Origin: a virus | Virus record (IMG/VR): IMGVR_UViG_3300044825_002278 | Coordinates: 39,910 to 103,909 of that record | Reading direction: 5' to 3' (one strand) | Length of the DNA stretch: 64,000 nt | Shown here: one piece after another, positions 18,524 through 28,584 of the stretch | Layout of the letters: the number at the start of each line of letters is the position of its first letter | Position numbering within the stretch: the stretch's first letter is position 1 | The notes under the pieces: model-generated | Seen by the model: only the letters and a program-made list of their open reading frames with translations | Database searches by the model: none | What the model was told of the DNA's origin: nothing | Made by a program: the position numbers and the translations under genes

Positions 18524-18964
18524 ATGGAAGCACAAATATCAAACGGAGAACTAGTTGATAAAATAACTATTCTTGATATCAAGTCACGACGAATAAAAGA
18601 TACTGTAAAAGTAGACAATGTAATCCAAGAAATGGATTCATTGATGCTTAAATCAGCAGCGTGGTGGAAGTATTGGGAATCTGAAATTTTTCTTTTATTC
18701 AAGCAATTGCTTGATGTTAATGAAAGGTTGTGGGACATTGAAGATAAAATACGTCAACTAGATAAAGAAGTATTTCCATTAGAACAATACGGAGATGCTT
18801 CATCGATACCATTTTTACCATATTATTTTCTTCCTGCTAAAGTTTGCGAGTATATGGAATGCGCAAGAATGGTTTATACATTAAATGACGAACGATCTAA
18901 AATTAAACGTGAGATAAACGAGATCACAAGATCAAATATAATAGAAGAAAAATCTCACTCTTAA
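18524..18964 (+). CDS. DUF6165-like protein (often glycosyltransferase-associated)
   Basis: ISNGELVDKITILDIK, VNERLWDIEDKIR, ARMVYTLNDERSKIKREIN, IIEEKS. Confidence 0.75.
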   Translation: MEAQISNGELVDKITILDIKSRRIKDTVKVDNVIQEMDSLMLKSAAWWKYWESEIFLLFKQLLDVNERLWDIEDKIRQLDKEVFPLEQYGDASSIPFLPYYFLPAKVCEYMECARMVYTLNDERSKIKREINEITRSNIIEEKSHS

Positions 18965-18976
18965 CAAGGTAAAAAC

Positions 18977-19663
18977 ATGAATAATAGAGATATTATAGTA
19001 TTCGATTTTGAAACCACTGGTCGTAATCCATTAAAGTGTCAACCAACACAGATTGCCGCTGTGGCTATTCATGCAAGAAAACTTACAATACAACCCGGAG
19101 GAATATTTGAAAGCAACATACGATGCATTGTAGACGATGAAAAAGCTATAGCTGCTGGTTTTGATCCTGTTGAAGATGGCGCTCTGGAAGTAACTAGAAA
19201 AACAAGAGATCAAATATCCAAAGGGCCGTCGCCAAAAGTAGTCTGGCAAAAGTTTGCTCAGTTTTGCGATAAGTTCAATTTCAATAAAACTCCATTTTCA
19301 GCGCCAATTGCGGCAGGGTACAATATCAATAGTTATGATATGCCGATTGTACAACGCATGTGCGAAATGTATGGACCAACAGATGAAAAAACTGGTCGCC
19401 AAAAACTATTTAATCCTATCTTTTCAATGGATCTTATGCAGCATATTTATTGTTGGTTTGAAAATAATTCCGATGTTAAGGGCTATAGTATGGATTATAT
19501 GCGCGATTATTTTGGAATGTCAAAAGAAAAATCTCATGACGCATTGCAAGATGTGAAAGATACGGCTAATATACTAATAAGGTTTCTTGTTATGCAAAGA
19601 AACTTGTCCAAGAAGATTAAATTTGAAAAAGCTTTTGCGAACGGCGAATTGTATATAAAGTAG
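18977..19663 (+). CDS. DEDDh 3'-5' exonuclease (DnaQ/epsilon-like)
   Basis: VFDFETTG, AGYNINSYD, HDALQD. Confidence 0.9.
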   Translation: MNNRDIIVFDFETTGRNPLKCQPTQIAAVAIHARKLTIQPGGIFESNIRCIVDDEKAIAAGFDPVEDGALEVTRKTRDQISKGPSPKVVWQKFAQFCDKFNFNKTPFSAPIAAGYNINSYDMPIVQRMCEMYGPTDEKTGRQKLFNPIFSMDLMQHIYCWFENNSDVKGYSMDYMRDYFGMSKEKSHDALQDVKDTANILIRFLVMQRNLSKKIKFEKAFANGELYIK

Positions 19664-19671
19664 GAATTTGA

Positions 19672-21231
19672 ATGTTCGATATCAATAATTTTGACGACCC
19701 CGAAGTTTGGGATTTAATTTGCGAAGGTGATACCAAGGGTATATTCCAGTTGGAATCTAATCTTGGTAAACATTGGGCTAAAGAAACTAAACCTAGAAAC
19801 ATCAAAGAACTAGCCGCTTTGATTAGCCTTATTCGTCCGGGTACGCTTTTAGCTAGAGATGCCAATGGCAAAAGCATGACTCAAGTTTATGCAGATAGAA
19901 AAGGTGGCAAACCAAATTCGCCAGTTGAATACCTCCATGAATCTCTTGAGCCAATATTGAAAGAAACTTACGGTGTGTTGGTATATCAAGAACAATCCAT
20001 GATGATTGCCCAAAAATTAGCTGGTTTCGATCTTAAAGAAGCCGATGCGTTGCGTAAGGCTATTGGCAAAAAGAAAGCAGACCTTATGGAGAAAGTCAAA
20101 AGGGCATTCTTAGAGGGAACTGAAAAACAAGGTATTGTATCAAAAGAAATTGCAGAAGAACTTTTTTCGTGGATTGAAAAATCTAACCGTTATGCATTCA
20201 ACAAATCGCACGCGATTTCTTATGCAATCAATGCTTATTGGTCTGCTTATTGCAAAACATATAGAAGAAAGAAGTTTTACGAGAAGTATCTGAATAGGGC
20301 CGATAGAAAGCCAGCTCCAGACATTGAGAAAAAACAACTGATTATGGATGCAAGACGTTTTGGTATTGAAGTTTTGCCACCAAGGTTACAACATTTACAT
20401 AAAGATTTTACAAGACACCCAGAAAAAGACATAGTTTACTACGGGCTTGCTCATATAAAACATGTGGCCGAAAAAGAGTCTGAAAAACTTTCCAGTCTTA
20501 CAAATGTAGAAAATTACAATTGGATGGATTGTTTGATAAACATTATTTACGAACTTGGAATCAATAAAAGCGCGACCGTGGCGTTTATATCGGTTGGGGC
20601 ATTCAATGGTCCAAACAATCGTATAAGCAGGCAAAAGATGCTTTATGAGTTTGATAGCTGGCGACAATTGACTCAAAAAGAACAAGATGCCATAGCAATA
20701 TCGTACAATTCTGATGCTAATAAACCAAAAGATTTATATGAAGCGATGCAAAAATTAACTTCCACAGTAAAAATAAATGCTAGAAGGCTTCAATCAATAG
20801 AAGATATCAAACAGTCTTTAAAAAATCCGTTTTATGATATCGAAGATAAATTCGAGACGATAGCAATCGATGAAGAAAAATATATGAGTTGTTCTTTGAC
20901 TTGCAGCAAGGTTGATGGATTAGAGATAAATACTACGATAAATATGTGTCAAGAAGTATCTAGCAAGTCTATAATAGGTAAAGTGAGTCTTGCTATTGAA
21001 ATTGTGCGCATTAAAATTGTAAAGACTAAAAAGGGTAAAACTCCCGGCCAAGAAATGGCCTTTCTTACTGTAGAAGATGGAAGCGGCTCATTGGATTCAA
21101 TAACCGTATTCCCAGAAGCTTATGACAAATATAAAGACTTGCTTGTAGAAAATAATACTGTTCTTTTGATTGGCGAAATATCTAAAAAAGACAAAGGATC
21201 TGTAATCGTCAATCAAGTATCACAAATTTGA
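19672..21231 (+). CDS. dnaE: DNA polymerase III alpha, C-terminal part (fingers, HhH, OB)
   Basis: GDTKGIFQLES, LIRPG, ETYGVLVYQEQ, LRKAIGKK, YAFNKSHA, MAFLTVED..G...TVFPEAY. Confidence 0.92.
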   Translation: MFDINNFDDPEVWDLICEGDTKGIFQLESNLGKHWAKETKPRNIKELAALISLIRPGTLLARDANGKSMTQVYADRKGGKPNSPVEYLHESLEPILKETYGVLVYQEQSMMIAQKLAGFDLKEADALRKAIGKKKADLMEKVKRAFLEGTEKQGIVSKEIAEELFSWIEKSNRYAFNKSHAISYAINAYWSAYCKTYRRKKFYEKYLNRADRKPAPDIEKKQLIMDARRFGIEVLPPRLQHLHKDFTRHPEKDIVYYGLAHIKHVAEKESEKLSSLTNVENYNWMDCLINIIYELGINKSATVAFISVGAFNGPNNRISRQKMLYEFDSWRQLTQKEQDAIAISYNSDANKPKDLYEAMQKLTSTVKINARRLQSIEDIKQSLKNPFYDIEDKFETIAIDEEKYMSCSLTCSKVDGLEINTTINMCQEVSSKSIIGKVSLAIEIVRIKIVKTKKGKTPGQEMAFLTVEDGSGSLDSITVFPEAYDKYKDLLVENNTVLLIGEISKKDKGSVIVNQVSQI

Positions 21232-21241
21232 AAGGTAAAAT

Positions 21242-21574
21242 GTGAATAAATGTCATTTTTTAGGAAAGCTAACCTGCGATCCTAAAGTTAAAAAAGAAAA
21301 TAATGTTCCGGTAATAAATTTTGAATTAGAAATAGAAGAGTTTAGAAAAGACAACAATAAAGAAAAGGTAAGGTCTTTAACTTATTTGAATTTCGAGGCA
21401 TGGGATACGGCAGCAGAGGCAATTGAAAAGTATGCCAAAAAAGGAAGTTTGATGGCCATCGAATCTGTAGCGAGAAATTATTTTTATGAAGACCCGCATG
21501 ATCCAGAAGCAGATGAAATAACTGAAACTTATTTTAGGGTAACTAATTTTAAAATACTCGGAATAGGAATATGA
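21242..21574 (+). CDS. ssb: Single-stranded DNA-binding protein
   Basis: NKCHFLGKLTCDP, NFEAWDTAAE..KYAKKGSLMAIE. Confidence 0.82.
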   Translation: MNKCHFLGKLTCDPKVKKENNVPVINFELEIEEFRKDNNKEKVRSLTYLNFEAWDTAAEAIEKYAKKGSLMAIESVARNYFYEDPHDPEADEITETYFRVTNFKILGIGI

Positions 21575-23205
21575 GAAAAAAAAGAATACTTTGGGTAAAC
21601 GATGCCTCATGGAAAGGCACTGGTTATGCTGTTTATTCTAATGAAGTACTATCTAGACTTAATAAAGTTGAAGATTTTGAAGTGGCTGAAATAGCTTGTT
21701 ATGCAGACAAAAACGATCCGCATATCAAAGATGTTCCTTGGAAGGTTTACGCCAATAGACCATTAGAAACTGATCCAAATTTTGAAAACTATGTCAAAAA
21801 TCCAAGTTTAATTTTTGGCGAGAATGTTTTTAATGAAGTTCTTTTGGATTTTATGCCGGATATAGTTATGGATATACGCGATTGGTGGATGTTTGAATAC
21901 CAGCAGCGTTCGCCATTCAGGGAATTTTTTCACTGGTCAATAATGCCAGCGGTAGATGCATCGCCTCAAAATCCGCAATGGATTAATACTTATGCTTCAG
22001 CCGACAGTGTTTTTGGTTATTGTGAATTTAGTAAAGAAACCCTTGAAAATCAATCTGATAAAATAAATTTCATCGACATAGCGTCTCCTGCGGCCAATGC
22101 AAATGATTTTGTTCCAGTAAAAGATAAAGCGACCCACAAAGACAATATGGGATTAGACGCAAATTCAATTATTGTTGGAACTGTGATGCGAAATCAACGA
22201 CGAAAGCTTTACCCAGATTTATTTAAAGCTTTTAGAATGTTTCTGGATGAAACTAAAAACCCAAACGTATTTCTATTCTGCCATAAATATTATCCAGATA
22301 TTGGGTGGGAAACTCCAGCATTGCTTGATATGTTTGGGTTGAGTAATAGAGTTTTGTTTTCTTACAAATGCCAAGAATGTAAACATATTAGCGTTGACTT
22401 CTTTAAAGATTCAGTCACTCATTGCGAAAAATGCAAAAAGTTTTCAAAACGCTTGGTGGGTGTTGATAATACAATGAGCAATGAGGAACTAAGCAAAATA
22501 TACAATTTATTTGATGTTTATGTTCAATATGCCAATAGCGAAGGATTTGGTATGCCTCAGCTTGAGGCAGCTTATTGTGGCATTCCGGTTATGACCATTT
22601 ATTATTCAGCAATGAAATCTGTTGCAGACAACATAGGAGCTATTCCTATTTATCCAATAGAATATTCTATGGAATGTGAAACTGGATGCTACAGAGCGAT
22701 ACCAAACAATCAACAATTTGTAGAAAAATTGAAAGAAGTTTTAAGCACCGATTTTCGTTCTGCTGGTTTAAAAACAGCGGAGCTTGCCAGAAAGCATTAT
22801 AGTTGGGACAAAACTGCAAATGCTTGGATTGATCATTTTAGAACGATACCGCTGAAAGATCATTCTGAAACTTGGCGGTCGCCGCCTAAGATATTTGAGC
22901 CAGCAACTACTATACCAAGCGAAATAATAGACCTTAAAGATCAAATAAATTACATATTTAGATACGTTCTACACAAACCAGAATGGATTGGCGGTTACTT
23001 CTGGTCTAAAGTTTTAAAAGATATTACTTTTGGATACCGCGTAAGAAACTCAGAAGATGACTATTACTTTAATGAGTCGCATATGCCAGCAGTTGATAAA
23101 TACCAAAAGTTTAATTTTGTTATGGCAGTGAACGAACTAACAAATCTTAGAAATCAATGGAATCAATGGGAAAGGCTCAGAAGTGAACATGTTGCAAGAT
23201 TTTAG
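21571..23205 (+). CDS. GT4-family (GT-B) glycosyltransferase with an inserted CxxC...CxxC zinc ribbon
   Basis: TGY, VMRNQRRK, YANSEGFGMPQLEAAYCG; CQEC...CEKC. Confidence 0.88.
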   Translation: MRKKRILWVNDASWKGTGYAVYSNEVLSRLNKVEDFEVAEIACYADKNDPHIKDVPWKVYANRPLETDPNFENYVKNPSLIFGENVFNEVLLDFMPDIVMDIRDWWMFEYQQRSPFREFFHWSIMPAVDASPQNPQWINTYASADSVFGYCEFSKETLENQSDKINFIDIASPAANANDFVPVKDKATHKDNMGLDANSIIVGTVMRNQRRKLYPDLFKAFRMFLDETKNPNVFLFCHKYYPDIGWETPALLDMFGLSNRVLFSYKCQECKHISVDFFKDSVTHCEKCKKFSKRLVGVDNTMSNEELSKIYNLFDVYVQYANSEGFGMPQLEAAYCGIPVMTIYYSAMKSVADNIGAIPIYPIEYSMECETGCYRAIPNNQQFVEKLKEVLSTDFRSAGLKTAELARKHYSWDKTANAWIDHFRTIPLKDHSETWRSPPKIFEPATTIPSEIIDLKDQINYIFRYVLHKPEWIGGYFWSKVLKDITFGYRVRNSEDDYYFNESHMPAVDKYQKFNFVMAVNELTNLRNQWNQWERLRSEHVARF

Positions 23206-23785
23206 TTGGATTATCGATAAAATAAATACTGCAAAGATAGATATAGATAGCAGTGATGTTTTGGTAGACGCTGCATTTGCAAGAGATTCTTTATTCAAAG
23301 AAGTACTTGATTCTTTTGATGGACAATCGGTTAAAGTATTTCAAATAGGAGCAATAGAATCTTTAGAAGATAGATTTCGAGTTGGCTCTGGTTGGAGCGA
23401 TATGTTTTGGGGTCTTTATACTAAAAAATATGGCGGCGCAGTTGTTATCGCGGAAATGGATTTAAATCACATAGCAAATTCAAATTTTCTTGCACAACAA
23501 TTGGGCTATGAATGTAATTTCATTTTTGGAGATGCTAATAATTTTATTTCCAAAGGATATGACATTTATTATTTAGATGGAGCCGATATATCATATGCAG
23601 TAGACGCATACGAACAAACTCTAAGTCAATTCAAAAAAATAGAAAATGAAAATTGTGTTGTGCTTGTGGATGATTTACCAAGCAAAGGAAAGCTTTTATT
23701 GGACTACCTAAAAGAAAAGAATATACCATATACAACCCATAACTTTGGTTCTGGAATGGCTAAAATTGATATGAGGTCGAAATGA
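23183..23785 (+). CDS. Class I SAM-dependent methyltransferase-like protein
   Basis: VFQIG, YDIYYLDGAD, VLVDD, KGK. Confidence 0.6.
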   Translation: MNMLQDFSWIIDKINTAKIDIDSSDVLVDAAFARDSLFKEVLDSFDGQSVKVFQIGAIESLEDRFRVGSGWSDMFWGLYTKKYGGAVVIAEMDLNHIANSNFLAQQLGYECNFIFGDANNFISKGYDIYYLDGADISYAVDAYEQTLSQFKKIENENCVVLVDDLPSKGKLLLDYLKEKNIPYTTHNFGSGMAKIDMRSK

Positions 23786-24864
23786 AAATATTGTACATAG
23801 GTCATTATCGTGATGGAACTGGATGGGGAAATGCTGCGGTAAACAATATTTTAGCATTAGATTCTGTTGGCGTAGAAGTTGTTCCGAGAGCAATTACATA
23901 TGAAAGTCAAGATAGACCGTATCCAGATCGTATAAAAGAATTAGAAGACAATTCAGAAATTGGCTGTGATATTGTTATTCAACACACGCTACCAAATAAT
24001 TATTGGTATAATTCTAGCTACAAAAATATTGGATGCCTCACAGCAGAGTCGTCAAATTTTAAATCAACTGGATGGCAAAACTACTGTAATTTAATGGACG
24101 AGCTGTGGGTTTCTAGCAAAGTAACAAAAGAAATATGTAAAAGAAGCGGAGTTAAAAAACCAGTCAGTGTAGTTCCTTATTCTTTAGATTTGTCTAAATA
24201 TGAGAATCCATACGGCGAACAAGTAGAGGAATTAAAAAATAATTTTACCTTTGGTTTTGTCGGAGAATGCATCGAACGTAAAAACATCAAAGCTTTAGTA
24301 CAAGCTTTTCATATGGAATTTGACCCAAGAGAACCAGTAAATCTATTTGTAAAAACATCAAAAAAGGATTTAGCTGGAATACAGGGTTATTTTGGCCACA
24401 TCAGGAGAGGTTTGAAAAACAGAAAAAATTACTCTGAAGAAATAATCATAACAGGAATGATGCCAGAAACTGATTACATTTCTGTTTTATCACAAGTTGA
24501 TTGTTTTATTATGCCAAGCAGAGGAGAGGCAGGATGCATTCCGTCGTTAGAAGCTATGGCTTTGGGTATACCAGTTATTTGGACTGATGGTATCGGCATA
24601 GACCATGCCATTGGAATGTCGGTTAAATCCTACGACGTTCCTTGTTTTGGCGCAATAGAAACATTAAATGATTTAGATACAAGCGAAGCTACATGGAAAG
24701 AAATTGATGTTCTAGAGCTATCTAAAGCAATGAGAAAAATGTATGAAAATATGACTATAAAAAGCAATCGAGAAAATATGTCCGAACAATGCAAAAGTCA
24801 AGCAATGAAATACTCTCAGAAAGAAATAGGAAAAAAAATGCTGGAGGTTTTAAATGACCGCTAG
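23782..24864 (+). CDS. GT4-family glycosyltransferase
   Basis: GTGWG, ERKNIKAL, MPSRGEAGCIPSLEAMALG. Confidence 0.88.
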   Translation: MKILYIGHYRDGTGWGNAAVNNILALDSVGVEVVPRAITYESQDRPYPDRIKELEDNSEIGCDIVIQHTLPNNYWYNSSYKNIGCLTAESSNFKSTGWQNYCNLMDELWVSSKVTKEICKRSGVKKPVSVVPYSLDLSKYENPYGEQVEELKNNFTFGFVGECIERKNIKALVQAFHMEFDPREPVNLFVKTSKKDLAGIQGYFGHIRRGLKNRKNYSEEIIITGMMPETDYISVLSQVDCFIMPSRGEAGCIPSLEAMALGIPVIWTDGIGIDHAIGMSVKSYDVPCFGAIETLNDLDTSEATWKEIDVLELSKAMRKMYENMTIKSNRENMSEQCKSQAMKYSQKEIGKKMLEVLNDR

Positions 24865-25882
24865 AGCAAATTTAAGATCAGTACGCTCATTCATGAGCAA
24901 AAATAAACAAAAAGAAAAACTAAACATACTAACATTTCCAACGCATGAAAGGTATGAAGAAAACTTGTGCCGTACCGGGCATAATTTTTATGCATTTAAT
25001 TATGGTAAAACTTGGAATTCAATGTATGCTCCCATTCCAGACAATTATCATGTAATAAATAACCTTCCCAATTGGTTAGACATTGATCTTGTTCTAAGCC
25101 ATACCTCGTGCGAACGTCTGCAAGTAGCTCATGATTTACTTTCAGAAACTCTTGGCACTATAAATCAAATATCTGTGCCTATAATTAGGCATTGCCATAT
25201 ATTGCCAACCGTGGGAATACAGGATCAACAGGAAAATTATAAAAGTATCGATGTATTCAGAAATTCTTTCATATCTAACTATAACATGAACGCTTGGGGA
25301 TATAATGACAAAGAGGCATTTGTTATCAATCATGGTATAGATACTGATTTTTGGACACCAGACTCGTCTGTAAAACGAGATAATGTTTTACTATCAGTTG
25401 TAAACGGTTGGCCAGATCGCGATTGGTGCTGCGGATTTAATTTATGGAAAAATACAGTTAAACTTGGAGCCGAAAACCAACTGCCGGTTCGTGTTTTTGG
25501 CGATAGTCCCGGTTTTTCTGTTGCGGCAAAAGATAAATATCATCTACGTCAAATATATCAAAATTCTAGTGTATTTTACAATACATCGCTGCATTCGCCT
25601 GTGCCGACAGTTCTAATGGAGGCAATGGCCTGCGGCTGCGCTGTTGTTTCAACTAATAATTGTATGATACCAGAAATTATTGAGCATGGTTACAATGGCC
25701 TTTTATCAAACGACCCAGAAGAATTAACCTCTTACTGTGAGCTGTTATTAAAAAAACCAGAATTTGCAAGACGTTTAGGTAATAATGCTAGATTGACTAT
25801 ATTAGAAAAATACAATATGGAAAATTTCGTTAATAATTGGAACACATTACTTTACAATACAGTTGGAGATTTTAGATGTTAG
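24854..25882 (+). CDS. GT4-family glycosyltransferase
   Basis: INHGIDTDFW, PTVLMEAMACG, EIIEHGYNGLL. Confidence 0.88.
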   Translation: MTARANLRSVRSFMSKNKQKEKLNILTFPTHERYEENLCRTGHNFYAFNYGKTWNSMYAPIPDNYHVINNLPNWLDIDLVLSHTSCERLQVAHDLLSETLGTINQISVPIIRHCHILPTVGIQDQQENYKSIDVFRNSFISNYNMNAWGYNDKEAFVINHGIDTDFWTPDSSVKRDNVLLSVVNGWPDRDWCCGFNLWKNTVKLGAENQLPVRVFGDSPGFSVAAKDKYHLRQIYQNSSVFYNTSLHSPVPTVLMEAMACGCAVVSTNNCMIPEIIEHGYNGLLSNDPEELTSYCELLLKKPEFARRLGNNARLTILEKYNMENFVNNWNTLLYNTVGDFRC

Positions 25883-26310
25883 TATATCTTACAGGAAGAG
25901 ACTCAGTTCCAGAGGCGTGTTCAAAGCACACAATTTGCAGAGATGTATCGACATTGGCAAGAAATGTGCTTCAAAATGAAGCAACAGAAATTATTTGTCA
26001 AGACTTTTTATCCTGCTTCAATTGGGAAGATTTGCCAAAAGTTATCGAATTGATCTTAACAAAAATGAGAAAAGGTTGCAAATTAACAATATTAGAAAAA
26101 GATCTACGATTAATTTCAAGGCAAATTTATAAAGAAATATCTTCGGTAGAATCTTTAAACAAAAAAATATTTGAATCTGGGCAGATAATGAAGTCTTTGT
26201 TTTCTCTTGAAGATATAATAAGTCATATCAATGTAAGCGAATACAAAATAACTTCTAAAGGTTTTGTCGATGGGGCAAGTTTTAGCTTAACACTGGAGAG
26301 AATTAAATGA
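25876..26310 (+). CDS. Hypothetical protein (possible degenerate methyltransferase fold)
   Basis: ATEIICQDFL...KMRKGCKLTI resembles a methyltransferase C-terminal half. Confidence 0.5.
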   Translation: MLVYLTGRDSVPEACSKHTICRDVSTLARNVLQNEATEIICQDFLSCFNWEDLPKVIELILTKMRKGCKLTILEKDLRLISRQIYKEISSVESLNKKIFESGQIMKSLFSLEDIISHINVSEYKITSKGFVDGASFSLTLERIK

Positions 26311-27104
26311 AAATAGTAAGTCATTGCAAAAATTGCGTATTTGCAAAATACAACAATGATCACAAGCAAATATCTTGTTCTCTAAATAGGCATGATAAAC
26401 TTGGTGTAGAAAAGATAGTCGAAAATAATTTTGAGTTACAAAGATATTGTAATACGTTTCGACCAAAAGAATGGATGCAGCAATTATCATTTGAAGAATC
26501 ATTAAATCCAGAAGATACAGTTTTGCAAGAAGTGCATCCAAGAATTGGTTTTTTTGTTAAACTAAATACAGAAGAATCAAATGCAATTGACGCTCTTGAA
26601 CTAACCATAAATTCTATATCTAAATTAGATGGTAGAAAAGCCGCGTATGTTGTCGTTATAAATGATAAAGTAGAATACAACGAGGAAATATGGGGTCTTT
26701 TTATTAAGTATTTTGGAGAAGTATCAGAAACTACAAAGTACCACATAGTGCAATTAAATGAAAAGCCATCAAAAATGATTGAAATAATTGATGAAGCTTT
26801 TCCAAGAGCCGAAAATGGTTGGGTCATGTGTACATCAAGCGGTCTTAGAGTTAGGCCAGAGACATTAGAAAAGTTACACGATTTGATCAATAAACAAATG
26901 AAACAACTAACTATGATTGAGCCTCATGATAACTTTAATGGCTTAATGTTTCCTGCTTATTTATTCAAATTTTTGAATGGCAATAAAACAAAAACATTTC
27001 AAGATGAAGTTGTTGATAGCAACGAATTTATCCAAAAGGTTAGAAACGCGGAAGAGCGCGGCAAAACAAAAACGATTATGACATGGAAGGAATTTTACGC
27101 ATGA
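26307..27104 (+). CDS. Hypothetical protein with N-terminal Cys cluster (possible degenerate GT-A)
   Basis: HCKNCVF...CS...YCN; lies within the glycan cluster. Confidence 0.55.
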   Translation: MKIVSHCKNCVFAKYNNDHKQISCSLNRHDKLGVEKIVENNFELQRYCNTFRPKEWMQQLSFEESLNPEDTVLQEVHPRIGFFVKLNTEESNAIDALELTINSISKLDGRKAAYVVVINDKVEYNEEIWGLFIKYFGEVSETTKYHIVQLNEKPSKMIEIIDEAFPRAENGWVMCTSSGLRVRPETLEKLHDLINKQMKQLTMIEPHDNFNGLMFPAYLFKFLNGNKTKTFQDEVVDSNEFIQKVRNAEERGKTKTIMTWKEFYA

Positions 27105-27877
27105 ACTATGACCCAAGTAGAAAAACGCTGTGCGATATAAAAGAACTTCCTAAAGTCGCTATTGTTTGTGCTAATTATAACTATGGCAAATATATTATCG
27201 CTGCCATAGATAGCGTTATGAATCAAACATACAAAGGACCACTTCGTTTGTATATTGTAGACGATGGATCTACAGATAATTCTTGGGAATTGATATCTGA
27301 ATATCTAGCGAATTTTAAACAAGAAGGCAAAATATGGGCAATTAGAATAGAAAACTCTGGGGCTAGTGCTGCAAGAAATTTAGCTATTGTTGCACACGCT
27401 ATGGAGTGGGCTGATATTATAGGAATACTGGATGCTGATGACGCTTATATGCCGCAAAAAGTTGAAAAACTAGTGAATAAGCTTGTAGAACATGATGAAA
27501 TTGGGGTTGCTTATGCTGATTATCTAAATGTATTTCCAGATTATTCAAAACGCGAGTTTAAACCGTCATATGACAAAATTGGACTTATGAAAAGATGCAT
27601 GGTTCATAGCAACGCATTGATAAAATCAAAATATCTAAAACAGGTTCAGTTTGAGAATGGAGATATTTTTGATAGAAATCTTCATGGGCCAGCAAGCAAA
27701 GGATTTATTGGCTGCACAGAAGACTATGATTTATGGCTGCGACTTTCTAACGTATGTATTATTAGTCATGTTCCAGAATGTTTAGCAATCTCCAATCAAC
27801 ATGGCAATAACCAATCGATGAAAATGACGGCAGAAATTTTTAATGAAAATACAAAAATAATGATGGATAGAAAATGA
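27101..27877 (+). CDS. GT2-family glycosyltransferase
   Basis: NYNYGKYI, VDDGSTD, GASAARN, LDADD, EDYDLWLR. Confidence 0.92.
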   Translation: MNYDPSRKTLCDIKELPKVAIVCANYNYGKYIIAAIDSVMNQTYKGPLRLYIVDDGSTDNSWELISEYLANFKQEGKIWAIRIENSGASAARNLAIVAHAMEWADIIGILDADDAYMPQKVEKLVNKLVEHDEIGVAYADYLNVFPDYSKREFKPSYDKIGLMKRCMVHSNALIKSKYLKQVQFENGDIFDRNLHGPASKGFIGCTEDYDLWLRLSNVCIISHVPECLAISNQHGNNQSMKMTAEIFNENTKIMMDRK

Positions 27878-28584
27878 CTAGGTTTATAACCAATATTAGA
27901 AAAAAGACTGTTCAAAATGAACAATCAGATGGAATATCCGTGGCAATACTTTCGGCTGGGTGCGGAAGTAAAATAAAATCATACGAACCAAGAAGCCTTC
28001 TCAAAATCAAAAGCGAAGAATTTTTGATAGATTGTCAACTTGATATAATTGGTAATTTTTTTGTAAAGCCTGAAATTATTACAGTTGTTGGGTGTCATGC
28101 AAACAAAGTAATCAAGAAAATTAAAGGTAAATGTCGAATTGTTGAAAATCAAATATATGAGGATACAAACGCTTCTGAAAGTATGAGACTTGCTTTCAAC
28201 AACTCAACAATGTCAAGTTTTATGTTTATACATGGCGATATTTTATTTGATGCCAATTGTTTAAATGTAGAATACGCCAATTCATTTATAATAGTGGACT
28301 CGAAAAAAATGATCGGAGAAAATGAAATTGGAGTTACTATAGTTGATAACAAGGCATCTATAATGTCTTATGGCTTACCAACAAAATGGGCGCAGATAGC
28401 ATTCTTTACAGGAAGAGAACTAAAAATACTTGGTAGCATTTTTCAGAAATTTGAAGAAAAAGACAGAAAGAAGCTTTCATTTGAAATAATAAACGAAGTT
28501 ATAGCAAACGGTGGAATATTTCACTGTTATGAACCAAACAAAATGAAAATCAAAGAAATAGATACAATAAAGGATATCGAATGA
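27874..28584 (+). CDS. Nucleotidyltransferase (NTP_transferase, LicC-like)
   Basis: ILSAGCGSKIKSYEPRSLLKI, VVGC, VENQIYEDTN..ES, HGDILF. Confidence 0.8.
   Translation: MTRFITNIRKKTVQNEQSDGISVAILSAGCGSKIKSYEPRSLLKIKSEEFLIDCQLDIIGNFFVKPEIITVVGCHANKVIKKIKGKCRIVENQIYEDTNASESMRLAFNNSTMSSFMFIHGDILFDANCLNVEYANSFIIVDSKKMIGENEIGVTIVDNKASIMSYGLPTKWAQIAFFTGRELKILGSIFQKFEEKDRKKLSFEIINEVIANGGIFHCYEPNKMKIKEIDTIKDIE

Noticed and set aside
18200-19750. Split intein in dnaE
   Set aside because: No intein N- or C-terminal blocks; both ends read as polymerase sequence.
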